DNA of 27,382 nt, taken from IMG/VR virus record IMGVR_UViG_3300032288_001588, positions 1 through 27,382 of that record; one strand, 5' to 3'. This document shows positions 1 to 9,000 of the stretch, one piece after another. Position 1 is the stretch's first letter, and the number at the start of each line of letters is the position of its first letter. The stretch is from a virus. Taxonomy: Duplodnaviria; Caudoviricetes. Below the pieces are notes generated by a model. That model saw only the letters and a program-made list of their open reading frames with translations, had not been told where the DNA came from and made no database searches. A program made the position numbers and the translations under genes.

Positions 1-2
1 CA

Positions 3-2765
3 GTATTCAGTATATTTGATAACAAAGATAATTGGCCTAAAGCCGATACTTTATTCGGAAACAAAAAGATTGCATTGTTTCATGGACCTGTTGATAACTC
101 TACAACCGATGTGGGATATGTGGTTAGTAGTAGACACTTCACAACTGATATATTTGATGGATATGATTTAGCCCTATTGGGAGATATTCATAAAAGACAA
201 GAGATGATATCACCAAGCGGATGTAAGGTGGTGTATGCTGGTTCTTTGGTACAACAAAACTTTGGTGAAACCTTAGATAAGCACGGATTCTTAGCTTGGG
301 ATTTGGATACAATGACTTACGAAGAAATTGATATCAAAAACGATTATGGATATTACACTTTAGATGTTGATGGTGGTATTGTGCCGGATGTAACTGATAT
401 GCCGAAGTTCCCTCGTTTAAGAGTGAGGATAACTAATACGGATACCGCAGATACTAAAAGGATGATGGCTGATATTACGGCAAAGTATGGTGTAGAGGAC
501 TTTACAATCATTAGAACGGATACATTTAATAAGAAGAAAACCAACGATAGAGAAGCAAGGTTGGAGGTTGATAGTGTGAGTGATATAAACCATCAAAACT
601 CTTTAATAGGGGAGTATATTGAACGTATGATGCCATTCGTAACAAAGGAGGACTTAGATGGGATAGAGAAAATCAATCGTGACATTAATAGTAGAGTACA
701 ACCATCAGAACTACAAAGAAACATAAGCTGGAAGCCTGTAAAGTTTGACTTCTCTAATATGTTCAGCTATGGAGAGAACAATATCATTAAGTTTGATAAG
801 GTAAACGGACTGATGGGATTATTTGCACCAAATGCACAAGGTAAATCATCTCTATTCGATTCAATCTCATTTTGTTTATTTGACAAATGTAGTAGAGCAT
901 ACAAAGCGGCTTCGGTTATGAATAATAGGAAGCAGGATTTCCATTGCCAATTGGATTTCACTATTGATGGGGTAATGTACCATATCCGTAGAGAAGGGAG
1001 AACGATTAATAAGGGAAGAAATGTAAAGGTAGATGTGGACTTTTGGAAAGATGGTGATAGTGGAAGGGAATCCTTAAACGGAACGGAGAGAAGGGATACA
1101 AACCAAATCATTGAAACCTATGTAGGAAGATATGATGATTTCGTAATGACGGCATTGAGTTTGCAAGGAAACAATGCACTATTCATTGATAAATCACAAT
1201 CGGAGAGAAAGGATTTGTTGGCTCAATTTATGGGATTGGATATGTTTGATAAATTGTATGAAACTGCAACGAATGATATTAAAGATGTGAACGCTCTTAT
1301 CAGAAATTTCAAGCGTACTGATTTTACGACAGAATTAGCCCAAAAAGAAAACGACTTGAATGAGAAGAAGGTTGAGTATGGTGAGTTAGATTCTGAAAAA
1401 ACGGAATTGGAAAATCGTAAAGCTGATTTGGAGGAACAAATAGTAGGATTATCTCAACAAATAGTTCCAATTCAAGGTAATTTAGATATTGATGAATTAA
1501 ATCACAAAATTCAAAAGATTGAAAGTGAATTAAGTACTTGGGGTGATACTAAGTTTGATAAAATAGAAAAACATACTGAAGCTAAAGAGTTAGTACGAGA
1601 AGCTAAAGAAATGGTTGATTCTAAAGTTAATATAAACGGAATTGATATAGAAGTTGCGTATTCGAATTATCAGAGGGAACAAAAGAATTTAATTGAAGCA
1701 GAAAAAGTTTATTCAACAGTAAAATCACAATTAAATTCTGCGGAAGAAAAGATTAACCATTTGGATAAACATGAATATGACCCAAATTGTAAATTTTGTT
1801 GTGATAATGAATTTGTTAAAGATGCAATGAGAGCAAAAGAAGCATTACCTGAACTACAAAGGTTTGTTCAAAACGCAACTATCCAATGCACAGGTATCCA
1901 ACAAACTTTGGATTCTTGGGAAGGTGTAGAGGAACAATTCAAACAATGGAAACATTGTACTGGTGAGTATAATAGATTAATTTTTTTTAGAGATAGATTA
2001 GAAGGTGAAATTAAAACAGCAGATAGTAAGATTGAATTATTAAATCATCAGTTAGAAACTACAAAGGCTGATATTCAAAGATACAACGATAACGAAGAAA
2101 CAATCACTAAGAATCAGGCATTAGATATTCAAATACAAAATGTTCGTAGATTGAAGCAAGGTGTGGAAAATCAAATATCGGATGTAAACAAACTTATGTT
2201 GAAATTAATGTCAGATGTAGGTGCAACAAAAACTTTCATAGATAATATGAAAGATAAAATGGAAGAAGTTAAGGAATTGGAAACTAAAAACCAATTATAC
2301 ACATTCTATTTAGATGCAGTTAAGAAAGATGGAGTACCATACGAACTAATATCTAAAGCACTTCCAGCTATTGAAAACGAAGTGAACAACATATTAGGAC
2401 AAGTGGTGGACTTCTCAATCTCAATGGATACGGATGGAAAGAACATTAACGCTAGAATCGTTTATGAGGACCAGGAATGGGCTTTAGAGATGTGTAGTGG
2501 TATGGAAAAGTTCATTAGTGGATTAGCGATTAGAGTGGCTCTAATTAACATATGCAATCTACCTAGACCTAACTTCTTAGTAATCGATGAAGGGTTTGGT
2601 ACTTTAGATGCAGATAATCTATCATCACTCTTTATGATGATGCAATATCTTAAAACTCAATTTGATTTCATTTGGGTAATTTCTCACTTAGAACAAATGA
2701 GAGATATTGTGGATGGGCTTATCGAAATTAAGAAAGTAGATGGGTTCTCTAAGATTAATTTTTAG
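3..2765 (+). CDS. sbcCD: Mre11/SbcD nuclease - Rad50/SbcC ATPase fusion (T4 gp47/gp46-like), 5' truncated by window edge
   Basis: Frame is open from position 3 (VFSIFDNKDNWPKADTLFGNKKIALFHG), so the TTG at 75 is not the true start. Phosphoesterase motifs FHG, LGDIH, YAGSLVQQNFGE; Walker A APNAQGKSS; long coiled coil with central CKFC zinc hook; signature CSGMEK; Walker B/D-loop VIDEGFGTLD; H-loop ISH. Confidence 0.92.
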   Translation, partial: VFSIFDNKDNWPKADTLFGNKKIALFHGPVDNSTTDVGYVVSSRHFTTDIFDGYDLALLGDIHKRQEMISPSGCKVVYAGSLVQQNFGETLDKHGFLAWDLDTMTYEEIDIKNDYGYYTLDVDGGIVPDVTDMPKFPRLRVRITNTDTADTKRMMADITAKYGVEDFTIIRTDTFNKKKTNDREARLEVDSVSDINHQNSLIGEYIERMMPFVTKEDLDGIEKINRDINSRVQPSELQRNISWKPVKFDFSNMFSYGENNIIKFDKVNGLMGLFAPNAQGKSSLFDSISFCLFDKCSRAYKAASVMNNRKQDFHCQLDFTIDGVMYHIRREGRTINKGRNVKVDVDFWKDGDSGRESLNGTERRDTNQIIETYVGRYDDFVMTALSLQGNNALFIDKSQSERKDLLAQFMGLDMFDKLYETATNDIKDVNALIRNFKRTDFTTELAQKENDLNEKKVEYGELDSEKTELENRKADLEEQIVGLSQQIVPIQGNLDIDELNHKIQKIESELSTWGDTKFDKIEKHTEAKELVREAKEMVDSKVNINGIDIEVAYSNYQREQKNLIEAEKVYSTVKSQLNSAEEKINHLDKHEYDPNCKFCCDNEFVKDAMRAKEALPELQRFVQNATIQCTGIQQTLDSWEGVEEQFKQWKHCTGEYNRLIFFRDRLEGEIKTADSKIELLNHQLETTKADIQRYNDNEETITKNQALDIQIQNVRRLKQGVENQISDVNKLMLKLMSDVGATKTFIDNMKDKMEEVKELETKNQLYTFYLDAVKKDGVPYELISKALPAIENEVNNILGQVVDFSISMDTDGKNINARIVYEDQEWALEMCSGMEKFISGLAIRVALINICNLPRPNFLVIDEGFGTLDADNLSSLFMMMQYLKTQFDFIWVISHLEQMRDIVDGLIEIKKVDGFSKINF

Positions 2766-2928
2766 TAACTGGTAATACATTTTTAGGTGTGGTCTTGTTC
2801 AAAGACTGCACCTTTTCTTTTATAAGCGTTTCTACCAACCCATTTATCTTATATCCTTTCTCTTTACAAAATTCCTTTAATGCTTGGTGTATTTCAGCAT
2901 CAATTTGTATCATTGCATATTTTTTCAT
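2755..2928 (-). CDS. 57-aa ribbon-helix-helix (CopG/ParG/Arc-like) DNA-binding protein, not in the supplied ORF track
   Basis: Manual translation: MKKYAMIQIDAEIHQALKEFCKEKGYKINGLVETLIKEKVQSLNKTTPKNVLPVTKN*. Beta strand (AMIQID), helix, G-turn, helix pattern. It fills the otherwise empty 2766-3019 gap and overlaps the sbcCD 3' end by 11 nt. Confidence 0.75.
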   Translation of the reverse strand: MKKYAMIQIDAEIHQALKEFCKEKGYKINGLVETLIKEKVQSLNKTTPKNVLPVTKN

Positions 2929-2932
2929 AACA

Positions 2933-2986
2933 TTCTTTAGTTTTCTTTAGAATTCTAATATAATTATAAACATAAAAAATTTATGT
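2933..2986. promoter_or_regulatory. Candidate operator in divergent intergenic region
   Basis: TTCTTTAG at 2933-2940 and 2943-2950 (10-bp period, degenerate third copy TTCTAATA 2953-2960); palindrome TATAATTATA 2959-2968; inverted repeat ACATAAA-N3-TTTATGT 2970-2986. Confidence 0.35.
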
Positions 2987-2988
2987 AA

Positions 2989-2996
2989 ATATTTAT
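2989..2996 (+). promoter_or_regulatory. Putative phage late promoter motif (ATAnTTAT)
   Basis: ATATTTAT upstream of the tail gene; the same motif recurs in six other intergenic gaps. Confidence 0.45.
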
Positions 2997-3019
2997 CTTA
3001 GATTAATCAAAACAATATA

Positions 3020-6000
3020 ATGGCTAGAATTAAAAAATACTCACCTGAACTAAGTACACATTTACGATATTTTGAAACATATTTGGTAGATACTTTATCA
3101 AATTCTCAATATTTCAAAGTTACTGAATTCAAAGATGTATTCACTGGTGGTAAGAATGGGTTTTTAATAGAGGGTTCTGAACATCTTATGGAATCAACTG
3201 AAATTAAAATTGAAATTCTTGATGTAGATGGTAATCCAATTTATTATGAGCCAGGTAATGGTGTTCCTGAATATTATGAAGGATTGTCCAAAGTAATAGC
3301 TGTTTACGTTTACGAAGATACTCCAATTGGAGAAGCTAGTATTACGATATTAGGAGAATTAAAAACTTACATTGATGAAAGTGGTAATAAGCAAGAAATA
3401 CCAGCGGAATGGAAGGGTATTTATAATGTAAAGTGGGAAAAAACATTCAAAGTAAATAAATTATTAGCAAATGAAGATAAGGTTAGATTTTACCGTAGAC
3501 CTTCTGTATCTATTAATGAAATAGTTAAACCTATCTTTTCAAATGTTGTAACTCCAATTATTCAAAAAGGTAAAGTTGATGGATTTGCACAAGTTCCATC
3601 ATCTGGTACTAAATTGGCTGGATATACATTACCAACCTCATATCTTTTACAAATAAACGATGGTAAAAGTGCTTGGACTGGTTCTGTGGCGGGTACTAGT
3701 ATAGAACTTACTGATTTAGGAGTAAGTTTAACAGCAGATGATATTATAAATAATAGAGATTTAACTGTATCAACTCCATATACATTAAATGGTATCGTAC
3801 AGGATTTTACAAATCAAAGATATACTGCTTCTTTTAATTATTTAGAAGGATTGGATAATCTTAAAACAGCATTAACTGGTTCTTTTGCAAAAATAACATT
3901 AGCCGATTTAACTACATTTGTTGGTGATGTTGCTAGAGTAAAGGTATTTAGAAAATCATCATCAGATTTAGCGGATTATCAATTTATACAAGAAGTTCAA
4001 TTAGAATCAAACGAATTATTAGTTGATATCGAATCAACATTAAAGAATCAAGAAAACTATGGTTTGTTCGATGTATTTAATTATACAGATTATTGGGTAA
4101 CTTCATCAAATAATTTAGATACCACCTTTAATCAAACATATTTATTTAATTCGGTTAGATTAGATAATACTGCTGGTATAAATTCATATTTCACCACAAA
4201 ATCATTACAGCTTACCGAAGGTTCGGAGTATAGTTTTACATTTAATACAAGACTTGCTCAAAATATACCATCTAACAATTATTTGAAAGTATATTTAAGT
4301 GGTTCAAGAGAAACAACAATAAATAATACACCTGTAACAATAGGAGTACAACAAAATATTGTAACTGTAACACCTGATAGTACTCTTTTAGAAAAATCTC
4401 AAATAACTTCTAATTTCAAAGCGCAAAATATAAAAAACGCAAGATTGCATTTTGAAGTTACTGGTACAGGGTGGCATATATCGGATGTTAGTTTAAGAGC
4501 ATCACAAGAGACATCTTTTTCTCCCGATGAAATTACTTTTATACAACCAATACCAAGAACATTACCTACTCAAACATTTGATTTCCTATTTCAGTTTTAT
4601 GATATTAATAACAATTATATTCCTGTTGTAGTTGAAGAAAGTAAAACATTTGATGGTGGTAATTTGGTATCAATAGCTAAGAATTTAGAATTAATACCAT
4701 CATCATTATATTTTCAAATAGATTCTGGTTCACAACCATTACCACCAACAACTATATTCATAGATGTTGTTAAAAGTTTTTTAACTGGGTCTGTAACATT
4801 TACATCTCGTTCATTTGATTTTTTTAATAATGAATTATCGGCATCTCAATATGCTTTACCTGGTGGACAGTATCCGGGTTTATTAAATGATATAGATAAG
4901 GATACAGTCTTTATGACTGTTCAGAACTTTACTGGTTCTAGAGAAGATATTAAAGTACAATTTGTAGAATTGACAGGTGCATGTGAGGGTGTAAGTGATA
5001 CTATTGTATTAACACGTGTTCAGGATGGTTTTGGTGGAGTAAACTTTGAAATAAGACCTTATAATGGTATAGTAATACGAAATTCAGACCCATCATCTTC
5101 TTTGGAAGTGCAGGCAATTCGTATTGATGGTGTAAACGAAATACCATTAAGAGAAAATTTACCATTTGGTAGAAGTGATGTACAATTATTTGTACAATCT
5201 GGTTCTACATATATAACATTACAAGAAGCTAGTGATAGAGGATTTGTTAAAGGTTTAAGTGCTGGTACAACTGGTTCTGGTGAATTAAATTATAATGCTG
5301 TATTAAATAGAGATTCAATTGATGGACAGAGAACATTATATATGATTCCATCCTCATCTTTTGATTTATCATCATCTATTTTAACATCTTTAACATTAAC
5401 CGATTTACAAGATGGTTTGGATGCTGGTATTGTATTATTTGATGTAGATGCATTTACAATAAATCCAAGATTAGAAAGTACATTTACTCCAACATTCTCA
5501 TCAGCAACAGCATCATTTTTTCGTAGGGGTACTTTTGAAAATCCAATAAGTTGTTCTTTTGAGATTTATCCATCAATGTCAATTAACAAAGATTACGTTG
5601 CTGAGTATTGGATGCAATATGTTACACATAGTTGTAATCCGGATATAAGTGTAGTTGCATATGATGAAGTTGGAAACATTATACCATCGAGAGCAAATGC
5701 AGCAACTTATCCATTAGGTGATGCACTCCAACAATCTAAACAAATATTATTAAGTTTTGTTTATACAGAACCTTGGACATCTGCATCGGTATCAACTGAT
5801 AAATTATTTACAATTGTTCCGGAAGGTAAGCCCGGCGATGAAAGTATTGTATTTGAAATAAATTCAAAAGATGTTGTATTAGCAGCAAATTCAAGAGGTG
5901 TTGTTAATGATTATAAACCATCTATAACTGATATTAAATTAAAGCAAGGTTCTAGATATCTATCGTTTACTGCTAGTAGAGAAGCTGGTACATTCCACAT

Positions 6001-9000
6001 AGCACAAAATTCTATAATTGATACAAACGTAACGGTAGGTAACGTATATTTTGATGTGAATTATACATCATCATTAATTGTAAGTGCATCTAATTTCTTT
6101 GTTGATTTAAGTGGAAGTATTGAATATCCATTGGAAATTCAACCTTATTATACATCATCAGTTTATACTGCTAGTGTTATTCAAAATTATACAAAAGTAT
6201 TAGATGGACCACCGCCTATTGAAATTATTATAACACCACTATCGGCAAATATATCAGCAGATGAAGTTGGTTATGTAATACCATCTAATTATAATGCAGC
6301 AAACACTACTATAAAAGTAAAAGAAGGTGATGACCGATTACGATTTACAACACAATCAAAAGATCCTGGTACATTTAGAATCTTATCGGTTAGTGGTAGT
6401 AATATAAGAACTGGTTCGTTATCAAGTTCATCTTTTGATACTGGAACTATAAATTATAATAGATTTGATTATCCATTTGTATCGGCTAGTTCCGTATATA
6501 CAATTGAGGTATATCCATACGCATTAGGTCCGGGTCATAGTTATACATCATCTATATATCAACGTACTCAAACATTTACAAAAAATGTATCAGTACCAAA
6601 TGCACGTTCTATAACTGCTGAAGCATCATCTGCTACGGTAAACTATGATAGAGATGGAAATGACCCACAACCATCTGAAGTAAAATTAACTGCAAATGCT
6701 TTTAATACAACAGGTTCTATATTTTACTATTGGTATATATTAGAACCAGATGGAACTGAAACTTTATATGAAAACACATACACAAGTAACAATTCGGAAG
6801 TATATGCATGGAGTGAGCAAAATTACATTGATATAGATGCATCCAATTCAACTGCTCCTGGTGAAATTAGAACTTGGAAAGTAAAGATTAAAGATGGTAG
6901 TAACAGACCTGCTCCACTAACTCCAACCGATTCACATCCGTTTAGAGCTGAAGCATCCGTTACTATTGCTGGTATAAAAGCTGGAGCAGATGCATACAAA
7001 TATTCTGCAACTAATTTGAATACATCTATTACAGCAGATTTATGGTCAACTCAATTTACAGGAAGTGGAATTCAAATATCAGCATATAAGGGTACTACTC
7101 AATTAGCACATACATCATCATATGTTGTATCTCAAGAAGTAAATGATTTTTTGGGTAACTTTATAGGAAACTTGGGATATTTTTCAGCATCAGTTCATTC
7201 TAAATCACCTTGGATTACTTTAGCGCAAAATCCAACAAAGTTCCCACCATCAAATCCAGCCGCATTAAGTGATATAGTTGCATGGACTGCACCTGCTACA
7301 AATACAAGCGGAGAGGTTATTTATAAAATTGATTATGAAAAGGGAAGACAAATTGATTATGTAACTCAATCTTTGTCTGTACAATATACCCCACCTGCTC
7401 CTTATGATGTTAAGATGCAAAATGATAGTGCTGGTGTCGTATATAGAGTATCCGGTGAATTTGAATTAAATAATACTGGTAATATTATAAGGGCATATAG
7501 AGGAGATACTGAATTAACAAACGTATCTAATTTTGCGTATGTAACAGGTCAACCTGATGCATATAATGTTACGGGATATAAAGATAAGTGTAGAATAAGT
7601 ATATTAAGTTATTCAGGACATATAACACTACAAGGGATAACAAGTCCAGCTGGGGCTTTTGTTAGTTCTAGTGTTAATGCTCCTAAAGGTGCTGAAATGC
7701 TTGGATTATCTACATGGACTAATCCTGAAGTAAATCAAACAGCTGAAATTGTATATCAAATAGATTGTGAAGGTAGAGCAACGTTCTTCAAAACACAATC
7801 GTTATCAGTACAATTTGAAGGAAATACCGGACCTGGTATTGTAATGAGAGGTGTTTGGAAAAATAATATTGATTATATAGGTTCTGTTGAAACAACTAAT
7901 AAACGTAGAGATGCCGTTATTTGGCCTGACCCACCAACTGTAAATAATGAAACTCATTATTATGCAGCAGTTAGTGGAAGTGGACCAGGAACAGCAGTTG
8001 GATATAAACAACCTGTTTTTAGTGGAGGTACTGGTGTTGACGATAACTATTGGCAATATTTGGGACAAGAAGAATTATTTATAGCTGCACAAATTGCAAT
8101 ATTCCAAGAATCATATGTAAAGAATACAATTAATGTTGGTACAAAAGATACATCGGGTCCATCCGCAAATATTGTAATAGCAGGTGGAAGACCTGACCCA
8201 TATATAGCTATCGGACAAACGGGTACGCAAGGTACATCTGGTACATCTGGTACATCGTTAGCACCAACTGGTACTATTGGATATGATAGACCTGGTGTTT
8301 TCTTGGGGATATATGAAAATGGAACTTCTGGAACTACGGGTAGATTCTCAATAAAAACAACTGGAACTTCTGGAAAGGGAATGTTTTGGGATGGAGATAC
8401 ACTAACAATTGTTGGAGCAATTAGACAAGTTGAACCGGGTGTAGTAGAAGGTTCTCTTAGAGGAGTTTGGACATCTGGATATACATATTATCCTAATGAT
8501 ATAGTAAGTTATGCTGGGCAGAGTTGGTCTATGTATGGTAGTACACATACTGCAACAAATAACACAAACGCTGGAACGGGATACCCCGGTTCAGGTCCTT
8601 GGGTAATAGCTGCAGCAGCTGGTACATCTGGAACTGCTGGTAGTGGTGGTGTAAATGGTGCAAATGGTACAAATGGAACTGCTGGTGGTCCGGGTCCTGG
8701 TGTTGTTTATAGGGGGCCTTGGACAGGTAGTTTACAATATTTTAATGATAGTGTAGCTGGTAGAGTTGATGTTGTTAAGGGAAGTGATGGTGCATATTAT
8801 ATAGCAAAAGTAACACATACTCCAAATGTAGTAAATGCGCCAATCGGAACAGATACAACACCTGTTACTGGTGGTTCATATGCAACATATTGGAAATCTT
8901 TTGGAGCAACATTTAGTTCGGTAGCAACTGGACTATTACTTGCTGAAAATGCAACGGTAACAAAAGGATTAGTAATAGGACAGGAAGGTAGTGATGTAGG

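Noticed and set aside
75-77. TTG start for the SbcCD fusion
   Set aside because: The frame stays open to the window edge and the N-terminal phosphoesterase motifs are missing.
8222-8701. Short repeats as CRISPR array or DGR template/variable repeats
   Set aside because: They are in-frame Gly-X-Y coding repeats with no spacers; no reverse transcriptase or adenine-specific repeat pair was seen.
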